Below, piece after piece: positions 9,655-18,050 of a stretch of DNA of 64,000 bases. Source of the DNA: Gammaproteobacteria bacterium (lineage in GTDB: Bacteria; Pseudomonadota; Gammaproteobacteria; Steroidobacterales; Foliamicaceae); the NCBI GenBank assembly GCA_965116895.1, contig OZ220729.1:1882122-1946121 (forward strand), written 5' to 3'. Both the position numbers and the translations under genes were made by a program. Position 1 is the first letter of the stretch; the number at the start of each line of letters is the position of its first letter. The notes under the pieces were generated by a model that did no database searches, was not told the DNA's origin, and saw nothing but the letters and a program-made list of their open reading frames with translations.

Positions 9655-10518
9655 GTGCACCCGAAGGTAACGCAGGAAATCATCGACGCCTACAGGGAAA
9701 TAGGCGTGGCCCACGTGCCGGGCGTCTTCCCGGAGGAATGGGTCGAACGCATGACGCAGGTCATCGATTCGGTCGTCGCCGGGCTGCGCGACGGCTCGGT
9801 CGTTTTCGGCCCCCACGAGACCATGCGCGACGTGGAATTCGAGGACCACGACGGCTACGTGCGGCTGGTCAACGCCTACTGGCGAGTGCCGGAGATGCAG
9901 TCGCTGGTCGAGGACTGCGGCTGCGCCGAGATCGTCGCCGACGTGATCGGTTCGGACGAAATGCGCGCCTGGGTGGACGGCACGTTCCTGAAGGAGGGCA
10001 ACAAGGAGGAAACGGCCACGCCCTGGCACAACGACGAGTGCCTGTTCCCGTTCTCGGGCGAGCACAGCCCGTCGATGTGGGTGGCCCTGACCGACATGGG
10101 CCCGGACAATGCGCCCCTGCTGACCCTGGCCGGTTCCAACAGGGACCCGCACCGCTACGTGAGTTCCTGGGCGCTTGACGGCGTGGAAGCGCCACCCAAT
10201 TTCCATCCCTGGTCGGAACTGCTGGAGCGGGTCGCCGCGCCGGATGCGGACATTCGCGTGTGGGAAGCGCGCTCCGGCGACATGCTGATCATCCACCCGA
10301 AGACGATCCACGCCTCCAAACCGCGCACGGCCGGCCATGCGGGCCGCCGCCTCGGGTTCTCGCTGCGCTGGATCGGCAGCGACATCCGCTACCAGTTCAA
10401 TCCGACGGCCCGAAAGAACCCGTTCGAGGGCAGCGAGCTCTTGACGGAGGGCGAACGCATTCCCGATAAGGTCATGCCCGTGACCTGGCGGCGGGCGCCG
10501 CGCAAGAAAGCCGCCTGA
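9655..10518 (+). CDS. Fe(II)/2-oxoglutarate dioxygenase, phytanoyl-CoA dioxygenase (PhyH) family
   Basis: GTG start 12 nt after the TBDR-1 stop. HxD motif in TPWHNDE and a distal His in IIHPKTIHASKPR. Length and layout are typical of the PhyH family. Confidence 0.65.
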   Translation: MHPKVTQEIIDAYREIGVAHVPGVFPEEWVERMTQVIDSVVAGLRDGSVVFGPHETMRDVEFEDHDGYVRLVNAYWRVPEMQSLVEDCGCAEIVADVIGSDEMRAWVDGTFLKEGNKEETATPWHNDECLFPFSGEHSPSMWVALTDMGPDNAPLLTLAGSNRDPHRYVSSWALDGVEAPPNFHPWSELLERVAAPDADIRVWEARSGDMLIIHPKTIHASKPRTAGHAGRRLGFSLRWIGSDIRYQFNPTARKNPFEGSELLTEGERIPDKVMPVTWRRAPRKKAA

Positions 10519-10544
10519 GTGTATTGCCGGCAGAATCGCCCGGC

Positions 10545-11360
10545 ATGACCATCCGCCGCACGCTCGTTGAGACACCATCGGGCTTCGTCCACGTCCGGTC
10601 CGCCGGCTCCGGTTCTCCTATCCTGCTGCTGCACTGGACTCCCGCATCCAGCCGTCAATACGTCCCGGTGCTCGAGAAACTCGGCAATTCAGGATACGCC
10701 GGCTACGCACCGGACAACATGGGTTATGGCCAGTCCGACCCCCGCCCCGCTCCGTGGCTGGTAAAGGACTATGCCGACAACATCGCCGCGGTAATGGACG
10801 GGCTGGGGCTGGAGTCCGCAGCCGTGGTGGGCGGCCACGTGTCTTCCGAATTCGCGGTCGAACTCTCGCTTCGCCATCCCGCGCGCGTAACGCATCTCGT
10901 TCTCGACGGCTGCCCGGTCTGGGACCGCGCTTTTCGCGACGAGGTGCTCAGCGTGTCCCGGCAACCGGCGCCGGACTGGTCGGAGGACGGCGCCCACATC
11001 GCCTGGGTATGGGAGCGGTCGCTGTGGCTGCAGCGCATGTGGGATTCGAAATTCCAGCTGGACGACGCCGGCGCCGCCCTGCTCCGCAACGCGGTCATCG
11101 ACAGCATGCTGGCGCAGCAGATGGACGACGCCACCGAAGCGCTCAGGGAATACGAGATGGGGGACGCGCTAAAGACGGTCCGCGTTCCGACGCTTGCGCT
11201 CACGGCCGAGACGGATCCGTTGAACAACTGTCACGAGAAGGTGCTGGAGTTGGTTGAGGGCTCGGTGGGCCACACTTTCGAGGGTGGTCATCCGCATCAC
11301 TATCCGGAAAAGGCGGGCGAGTACGTGGGCGTTATCCTGGAGTTTCTTCGTCGGGCGTGA
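10545..11360 (+). CDS. Alpha/beta-hydrolase-fold protein with atypical nucleophile elbow (GGHVS)
   Basis: ATG at 10545; the track start 10524 is a TTG. Fold motifs: LLLHWTP (oxyanion region), APDNMGYGQSD, elbow VVGGHVSSEF, C-terminal GGHPH. Homologous to the product of 50345..51298. Confidence 0.65.
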   Translation: MTIRRTLVETPSGFVHVRSAGSGSPILLLHWTPASSRQYVPVLEKLGNSGYAGYAPDNMGYGQSDPRPAPWLVKDYADNIAAVMDGLGLESAAVVGGHVSSEFAVELSLRHPARVTHLVLDGCPVWDRAFRDEVLSVSRQPAPDWSEDGAHIAWVWERSLWLQRMWDSKFQLDDAGAALLRNAVIDSMLAQQMDDATEALREYEMGDALKTVRVPTLALTAETDPLNNCHEKVLELVEGSVGHTFEGGHPHHYPEKAGEYVGVILEFLRRA

Positions 11361-11613
11361 GGGCGGTGATGGTCAGGGCGTGGATGGGGCCCTGCATCAT
11401 TTCGTCCAGGGCAGCGTAAACAAGGCGGTGGCGGGCGAGCGGGGCTAGGCCGTCGAACTGCTCCGCTACGATGCGGACCGAATAGTGCCCCCCGCCGTCG
11501 CGGGCGCCCACATGCCCCACATGAAGGTGCGAATCGTCCTGCACTTCGACATCGCAGGGCGCCAGCGCCTCAAGAAGCCGGGCGCGGATCAGGGACGGGC
11601 GATCGGCGGTCAA
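11332..11613 (-). CDS. BolA-family protein
   Basis: 93 aa with BolA-like core (VEVQDDSHLHVGHVGA..GGHYSVRIVAEQFDG...RHRLVYAAL). TTG start overlaps the yciB stop. The 3' end overlaps the convergent gene by 29 nt. Confidence 0.7.
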   Translation of the reverse strand: MTADRPSLIRARLLEALAPCDVEVQDDSHLHVGHVGARDGGGHYSVRIVAEQFDGLAPLARHRLVYAALDEMMQGPIHALTITALTPDEETPG

Positions 11614-12167
11614 TCGCCTTCAACCGTCTTCATGGACCGGACAATCCAGATTCCCTGCAGCAGGCCGAACACGAGGGTCAGGCTGGTCAAGCCGAAAAGC
11701 TTGAAATAAACCCAGGTGGCTTCGCTGAAGCTGTAGGCCACCCAGATGTTGAGCGCGCCCATCACGACAAAGAACAGCAGCCATGCCCAATCCAGTGCCG
11801 ACGCCGTGCGGGCAGGCACAGCGGAAAAGCCTTCCGCCTGCGACGCCAGGATCGCATGGATCACGCCCTTGCGCTTCCACAGGCGCGCGCCCACAAGCGC
11901 CACGCTCATTGCCCAGTAGAGGACCGTCGGCTTCCACTTGATGAACACGGGGTCCTTCAGCACCACGGTCAGCGTGCCGAACACCAGCACCAGCCCCGCG
12001 GAGGCCAGCGTGATCGGCTTCGGCTTGTAGCGGCCGCCGAGCAGCCACTGCGCGGCAACCTGCACGATCACGGCGCCCATGAGCACCCACACGGCCGGGA
12101 TCAGCCCCCACAGAAGATAGGCCGCGAGGAACGGCACAAGAAAGAAAAAGTCCAGAAAAACCTGCAC
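11610..12167 (-). CDS. yciB: Intracellular septation protein A (YciB/IspZ)
   Basis: 185 aa, GTG start. YciB-like N-terminus (VQVFLDFFFLVPFLAAY) and KDPVFIKWKPTVLYW segment. Five hydrophobic spans. Confidence 0.8.
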   Translation of the reverse strand: MQVFLDFFFLVPFLAAYLLWGLIPAVWVLMGAVIVQVAAQWLLGGRYKPKPITLASAGLVLVFGTLTVVLKDPVFIKWKPTVLYWAMSVALVGARLWKRKGVIHAILASQAEGFSAVPARTASALDWAWLLFFVVMGALNIWVAYSFSEATWVYFKLFGLTSLTLVFGLLQGIWIVRSMKTVEGD

Positions 12168-12226
12168 GGCGGCGCAAATGATAGCGCGCCCGGCGGGCCG
12201 GGAAACGCGCTGACTATAATTCGCCG

Positions 12227-13699
12227 ATGCTCAATTTCTTCCGACATCCGCGGGGCCTGATCACCCTGTTCTTCACGGAGATGTGGGAGCGCATGAGCTA
12301 TTACGGCATGCGCGCCCTGCTCGTGCTGTTCATGGTCGATCAAGTGCAACGGGGCGGCATGGGCCTGACCGACGAGATCGCCACCGCGATATACGGCGTC
12401 TATACGGCAGCCGTGTATCTGGTCGCCCTTCCCGGTGGCTGGATGGCGGACCGGCTTCTGGGCGGCCAGCGGGCGGTCTGGGCGGGCGGCATCATCATCA
12501 TGTGCGGGCACTTCGTGCTCGCCGTTCCGACCGTCGCCGCCTTCTACATGGGGTTGATCCTGGTGGTGCTGGGCACCGGCCTGCTCAAGCCCAACATCAG
12601 CGCCCTGGTCGGGCAACTCTACTCGCCCACGGACCCGCGGCGTGACGGCGGCTTCACGCTGTATTACCTCGGCATCAACGTCGGCGCGTTCCTCGGACCT
12701 CTGGTTTGCGGTTGGCTGGCCGACTACAACTGGCACTACGGCTTCGCCGCCGCCGGCGTGGGCATGCTGTTTGGCCTGATTCAGTTCTATTACACCCGCG
12801 AGTACCTGGGTGAGGCCGGCGCCCGTCCCGAGTCGGCGGCGTCCGCCGCCTACCGCAGGAAAGTCTGGTTCGGCGTGGCGGGCTTCCTGGCCGCAATCGC
12901 CGCCGTATATGCCGGGGCGCTGGCCGGCGCGATCGAACTGAACGCGCGCGCCATCGCCGAAGCGAGCGCGCTCGTGATCGTGATCGTGGCGGCGATCTAT
13001 TTCCTGTTCCTGCTGTTTCTTGGCGGACTCACGCGCGACGAACGACTTCGCGTGATCGGCATCATCGTCCTGTTCTTCGGCGCCGCCATGTTCTGGGCGG
13101 GCTTCGAGCAATCCGGCTCGTCGCTCAACCTGTTCGCCGAGCGCTACACGATCCGCGAGTTCGGCTCCTTCAGCTTCCCGGCCGAGTGGTTCCAGTCGCT
13201 CAATCCCTTCTTCATCATCGTCCTGGGACCGCTGTTCGCGATGCTGTGGACGGCCCTGGCGCGGCGCAATCTCGATCCTTCCACGCCGCTGAAGTTCGCG
13301 TTCGGCCTCATTCAACTCGGCCTGGGGTTCGTGGTAATGATCGGCGCCGCCACGCTGGTGGCCGAGGGCAACCCGGTGCTGCCCACCTGGCTGTTCTTTA
13401 CCTACCTGCTGCACACCACCGGAGAGCTTTGCCTGAGCCCGGTGGGACTTTCCGCCGTAACCCGGCTGGCGCCGAAGAAATACGTGGGCCAGATGATGGG
13501 CATCTGGTTCCTGGGCGCGTCGCTGGGGAGTCTGATTGCCGGCCTGATCGCGGGTGAGTTCGATCCCGAGGCCCTGGGCGACATGCCCGCGCTGTACTGG
13601 CAGATCGTGCTTACGACCGTGGGCAGCGGGCTGATTCTCGCCGTTTTCCTGAAACCACTGAAGAAGTGCATGACGCCTGCGGAGGAAGAAGACAAGTGA
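12227..13699 (+). CDS. Proton-dependent oligopeptide transporter (POT/PTR2 family, DtpT-like)
   Basis: PTR2 signature FFTEMWERMSYYGMRALLVLFM. About 14 hydrophobic spans. 490 aa. Confidence 0.85.
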   Translation: MLNFFRHPRGLITLFFTEMWERMSYYGMRALLVLFMVDQVQRGGMGLTDEIATAIYGVYTAAVYLVALPGGWMADRLLGGQRAVWAGGIIIMCGHFVLAVPTVAAFYMGLILVVLGTGLLKPNISALVGQLYSPTDPRRDGGFTLYYLGINVGAFLGPLVCGWLADYNWHYGFAAAGVGMLFGLIQFYYTREYLGEAGARPESAASAAYRRKVWFGVAGFLAAIAAVYAGALAGAIELNARAIAEASALVIVIVAAIYFLFLLFLGGLTRDERLRVIGIIVLFFGAAMFWAGFEQSGSSLNLFAERYTIREFGSFSFPAEWFQSLNPFFIIVLGPLFAMLWTALARRNLDPSTPLKFAFGLIQLGLGFVVMIGAATLVAEGNPVLPTWLFFTYLLHTTGELCLSPVGLSAVTRLAPKKYVGQMMGIWFLGASLGSLIAGLIAGEFDPEALGDMPALYWQIVLTTVGSGLILAVFLKPLKKCMTPAEEEDK

Positions 13700-15492
13700 T
13701 TACCCGAACCGTCGTCGCGGCGCTGGCCCTGACCCTGCCCGTCAGCGCATCGACCGAGAATACCCCGCTGCAAAGCGCCGAGAATTACGTCAGGGAAACC
13801 AGCGAGCGATACGAGGAACTTCGCCTGGAAGGCGCCGCGGCCGCCTGGGCCTACCAGACCTACATCACTCCGGACACGGCGCTGCTCGCCGCCAGGGCGC
13901 AGGAACGCGGGCTCAAGTTCCAGAGTTCCGCAGTCGAGGGCGCCAAACGCTATGACGGAATCGAGCTGGCCCCGCTGACGCAGCGCGCCATCAACGCGAT
14001 CAAGTGGGGGACGACGCTGCCGGCGCCGGACGACGACGCCAAGCGTCGCGAACTGTCCGAAATCATGACCCGCATGGAAGGCGCCTACGGCAGCGGAAAG
14101 TACTGCCCCGACGGGCCGGAAAGCTGCCGGGATCTGGAGCAGCTCAGCGTGGTCATGGCACACAGCCGCGACTACTACGAACTGCTGGAAGCATGGCGCG
14201 GATGGCGCACCATCTCTCCCCCGATCCGGGCCGATTACCAACGTTTCGTGGAACTGGGCAACGAGGGCGCGCGCGAACTGGGTTTCAACGACATGGGCGA
14301 GTTGTGGCGTTCCGGCTACGACATGCCGGTGGCCGATTTCGGCGACGAAGTGGAGCGGCTCTGGAGCCAGGTGTCGCCGTTGTACGAGCAATTGCACTGT
14401 TACACCGCCGACAGGCTCCGGCAGGCCTACGGCGAGGAAACCGTGCCCCCGGGCGAGCCCATTCCGGCGCACCTTCTGGGCAACATGTGGTCGCAGACCT
14501 GGGGCGAAATCTACGAACTGGCGGAGCCGTACCCTGGCGTGGCGGAACTGAACGTGACCGAGGCGATGCAGGACCAGGACTACAGCGCCGTCTACATGAC
14601 CGAACTTGCGGAGGATTTCTTCGTTTCGCTGGGCATGCCGACGCTGCCGGAGAGTTTCTGGCAGCGTTCGCTGCTGGTGAAACCGCAGGACCGGGAGGTG
14701 GTCTGCCACGCCAGCGCCTGGAGCATGGACGGCAAGGACGACGTGCGGATCAAGATGTGCATCGAGCCCACCCAGGATCACCTGTTCACGATCTATCACG
14801 AACTGGGGCACATCTACTACTTCCTGGCCTACAAGGATCAGCCGATCGTTTTCCAGTCCGGGGCCCACGACGGGTTCCACGAGGCCGTGGGCGACACGGT
14901 CACGCTATCGATGACCGGCGAGTTCCTGAAGAACCTGGGGCTGGTCGAGGAAGTAAAGGACAGTCCCGAGGCGCTGATCAACTCGCAGATGAAGCTGGCG
15001 CTGGACAAGATCGCCTTTCTGCCCTTCGGCAAGCTGATGGACCAGTGGCGCTGGGGCGTGTTCTCGGGCGAGATCGCGCCGGAGGACTACAACGCCGCCT
15101 GGTGGGACCTGCGCACCCGTTACCAGGGCATAAGGCCACCGGTGGAGCGCAGCGAGGCCGATTTCGACCCGGGCGCCAAGTACCACATACCGGGCAATAC
15201 GCCGTACACCCGCTACTTCCTGGCCTTCGTGCTGCAGTTCCAGTTCCAGAGGGCGCTGTGCGACGCCGCCGGATTCGAGGGACCGCTGCACGAGTGCTCG
15301 ATCTACGGCAACAAGGAGGCCGGCGCGCTGTTGTGGAAGATGCTGCAGTCCGGTTCCAGCCGGCCGTGGCAGGACTCGCTGGAAGCCGTCACCGGCCAGC
15401 GCGAAATGGACGCCTCGGCGATCATCGCCTATTTTCAGCCGCTGATGAACTGGCTTGAGACCCGGAACCAGGGCCTTTCCTGCGGCTGGTAA
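13696..15492 (+). CDS. Secreted M2-family peptidyl-dipeptidase (angiotensin-converting-enzyme-like)
   Basis: GTG at 13696 preceded by GGAGGA and overlapping the POT stop (GTGA). Signal peptide [14 protein letters not shown]. Zinc motif [10 protein letters not shown] plus GFHEAVGD, as in ACE-type M2 peptidases. Confidence 0.8.
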   Translation: MITRTVVAALALTLPVSASTENTPLQSAENYVRETSERYEELRLEGAAAAWAYQTYITPDTALLAARAQERGLKFQSSAVEGAKRYDGIELAPLTQRAINAIKWGTTLPAPDDDAKRRELSEIMTRMEGAYGSGKYCPDGPESCRDLEQLSVVMAHSRDYYELLEAWRGWRTISPPIRADYQRFVELGNEGARELGFNDMGELWRSGYDMPVADFGDEVERLWSQVSPLYEQLHCYTADRLRQAYGEETVPPGEPIPAHLLGNMWSQTWGEIYELAEPYPGVAELNVTEAMQDQDYSAVYMTELAEDFFVSLGMPTLPESFWQRSLLVKPQDREVVCHASAWSMDGKDDVRIKMCIEPTQDHLFTIYHELGHIYYFLAYKDQPIVFQSGAHDGFHEAVGDTVTLSMTGEFLKNLGLVEEVKDSPEALINSQMKLALDKIAFLPFGKLMDQWRWGVFSGEIAPEDYNAAWWDLRTRYQGIRPPVERSEADFDPGAKYHIPGNTPYTRYFLAFVLQFQFQRALCDAAGFEGPLHECSIYGNKEAGALLWKMLQSGSSRPWQDSLEAVTGQREMDASAIIAYFQPLMNWLETRNQGLSCGW

Positions 15493-15509
15493 TCCGGGAT
15501 AATCGCGGC

Positions 15510-17507
15510 ATGGCGCGCAAGATCCTCGTTACCGCGGCGCTGCCGTACGCCAGCGGTCAGATCCATCTCGGCAACCTGCTTGAGATGGTGCAGACCGACA
15601 TCTGGGTCCGCTACCAGCGCCTTTCGGGGGCCGACTGCTCGTTCGTTTGCGCGACCGACGCGCACGGCACGCCCACAATGCTCAAGGCGCGCGAGGAAGG
15701 CGTCGATCCGGAGGAATACGCCGAGTCCTGCCGCGCTGCGCACGTGCGGGACTTCGAGTCCTTCGGAATCCGCTTCGACAACTACTACACGACGCATTCG
15801 CCGGAAAACCGGGAACTGGTGGAGCGCATCTACGGCCGGCTGGTGGAGCGCGGTTTCATCCGCACCCGCACGATCCAGCAGGCCTACGACGAGGAGGCGG
15901 GCATGTTCCTGCCCGACCGCTACGTGCGGGGCGAGTGTCCGTCCTGCGGGGCGGAAGACCAGTACGGCGACAGTTGCGCGGCCTGCGGAGCCACCTACGC
16001 CCCCTCGGAGCTGGTCAACCCGCGTTCGATCCTGAGCGGCCGGCCGCCGGTCACGCGCGAGTCCGAACACAAGTTCTTCAAACTGGGCGAGTTCGAGTCG
16101 CTGCTGAAGACCTGGATGCAGGCCAGCAACCTGGACCGAGGCGCCCGCAACAAGCTGGCCGAATGGTTCAGGGAAGGCCTCAGGGACTGGGACATCACGC
16201 GTGACGAGCCGTACTTCGGCTTCGAGGTGCCGGGCGAGAAGGGCAAGTACTTCTACGTCTGGCTCGATGCCCCGGTGGGCTACATGGCCAGCTTCCGCAA
16301 CCTGTGCGGCGCCGGCGAGGACGGCGAGAGCCGGTTCGAGCGCTATTTCGGGCCGGACAGCGACGCCGAGCTCTACCACTTCATCGGCAAGGACATCCTC
16401 TACTTTCACGCGCTGTTCTGGCCCGCGGTGCTGCTGGGCGCGCGCATGCGCACGCCCAGCGGCGTTTTCGTGCACGGCTTCCTTACCGTGGACGGGCAAA
16501 AGATGTCCAAGTCGAAGGGCACCTTCATTACCGCGGCCGACTACCTGGCGGCCGGCCTGAACCCCGAGTATCTGCGCTACTACTATGCCGCCAAGCTCGG
16601 TCCGGGCCTCGACGACCTCGACCTGCAGCTGGAGGACTTCGCCGCACGGATCAATTCCGACCTGGTGGGCAAGCTCGTGAACATCGCCAGCCGCTGCGCC
16701 AGCTTCGTGCAGCGCGGGTTCGACAACCGTCTCGGACCGCGCCTGCACGACCCGGCCCTGTACGAGGACTTCGTCGCGCAGAGGGAGCAGATCGGCGAGT
16801 ACTACGAATCCCGTTCCTACGGCAAGGCCATGCGGGCGATCATGGCCCTGGCCGACCGCGCCAACGTGTGGATCAACGAGCGCAAGCCCTGGGAACTGGC
16901 CAAGGATCCGGAAAGGCAGGACGAATTGCATGCGATTGTCACGCAGGGAATCAACCTGTTTCGGGTGCTCATGACGTATATCACCCCGGTTCTTCCGCAA
17001 ATCTCCTCGAAGGCCGAGGCGTTTCTGCGCTCCGATCTGAACTGGAATGACGTGGACGAACCCCTGCTTGACGAATCGATTGCCGAATTCAAGCCGCTGG
17101 CCGGCCGAATATCGCTAAAGACGCTCAAGGCGCTGGTGGAAACCAATCGCGAACAGTCTGCCGCCGAAGTCGAGCATTCCGAGCCCATCGACATCGACGA
17201 GTTCCTGCGAACGGACCTGCGGGTGGCGAAGATCGTCAAGGCCGAGCGCGTTGCGGGCGCCAACCGCCTGCTGCGCCTGACCCTGGACGACGGCGGCAAG
17301 GGCCGCACCGTGTTCGCGGGAATAGCCGGTGCTTACGCGCCGGCCATCCTGGTCGGACGCAAGGTCGTCCTGGTCGCCAATCTCAAGCCGCGCAAGATGC
17401 GTTTCGGCGTGTCGGAAGGCATGGTACTGGCCGCCGGCGAGGGAGAGTCGCGGGTCTTCCTGCTTTCTCCGGACGAAGGCGCGGAACCGGGCATGCGCGT
17501 GCGCTAG
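15510..17507 (+). CDS. metG: Methionyl-tRNA synthetase
   Basis: [12 protein letters not shown] (HIGH-type motif), KMSKSKG, four Cys knuckle (CPSCG..CAACG), and a C-terminal Trbp111/EMAP-like tRNA-binding domain ([12 protein letters not shown]). Confidence 0.95.
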   Translation: MARKILVTAALPYASGQIHLGNLLEMVQTDIWVRYQRLSGADCSFVCATDAHGTPTMLKAREEGVDPEEYAESCRAAHVRDFESFGIRFDNYYTTHSPENRELVERIYGRLVERGFIRTRTIQQAYDEEAGMFLPDRYVRGECPSCGAEDQYGDSCAACGATYAPSELVNPRSILSGRPPVTRESEHKFFKLGEFESLLKTWMQASNLDRGARNKLAEWFREGLRDWDITRDEPYFGFEVPGEKGKYFYVWLDAPVGYMASFRNLCGAGEDGESRFERYFGPDSDAELYHFIGKDILYFHALFWPAVLLGARMRTPSGVFVHGFLTVDGQKMSKSKGTFITAADYLAAGLNPEYLRYYYAAKLGPGLDDLDLQLEDFAARINSDLVGKLVNIASRCASFVQRGFDNRLGPRLHDPALYEDFVAQREQIGEYYESRSYGKAMRAIMALADRANVWINERKPWELAKDPERQDELHAIVTQGINLFRVLMTYITPVLPQISSKAEAFLRSDLNWNDVDEPLLDESIAEFKPLAGRISLKTLKALVETNREQSAAEVEHSEPIDIDEFLRTDLRVAKIVKAERVAGANRLLRLTLDDGGKGRTVFAGIAGAYAPAILVGRKVVLVANLKPRKMRFGVSEGMVLAAGEGESRVFLLSPDEGAEPGMRVR

Positions 17508-17511
17508 TGCC

Positions 17512-17916
17512 GTGCAGCCTTCGGTAGCGCGAATCGACGAAGCACTATGCGTGGGCTGCGCACGCTGCCTTCCGGCCTGTCCGGTGGACGCCATTATCGG
17601 CAGCCGCAACTTCACCCATACCATCATTCACGACGAGTGCGTGGGATGCGGTTTGTGCCTGCCGCCCTGCCCCGTGGACTGCATCGCCATCGAACCGCGC
17701 TTTCCCGGCGCGCCCGCCGATGACGAAGATGAAGGCATGCGGCGCGACAAGCTCCGGCGCCTTGGACAAACGGCACGGCGCCGATTCCGCGCACGCCGTC
17801 AAAGGCTGGCGGAGCTGGGGGAGCGGGCTGAAGCACGCGTGTCCGGCGCTCCCCCCGCCACAGCGCCCACGCCCAGCGACCGCGATATCGAGGCCCTGAT
17901 CCGCAGCCTCTCATGA
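17512..17916 (+). CDS. 2x[4Fe-4S] ferredoxin resembling the C-terminal half of RnfB/RsxB
   Basis: GTG at 17512, just after the metG stop; the track ORF start 17329 would overlap metG by about 180 nt. [16 protein letters not shown] and [16 protein letters not shown]. Basic Arg-rich C-tail. Confidence 0.7.
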   Translation: MQPSVARIDEALCVGCARCLPACPVDAIIGSRNFTHTIIHDECVGCGLCLPPCPVDCIAIEPRFPGAPADDEDEGMRRDKLRRLGQTARRRFRARRQRLAELGERAEARVSGAPPATAPTPSDRDIEALIRSLS

Positions 17917-18050
17917 CCCCCTGACCGCCCTGCGCATTCCCTGACGATCATCCGGCGGAGGTTTCGTCGATGAGCCCGTGCCGTTACCAGTCGTTTACCC
18001 CGCGAGGCGTAGGCTCGGAGACAACTTCATGCTCTTCGAGGTTGTTATCG

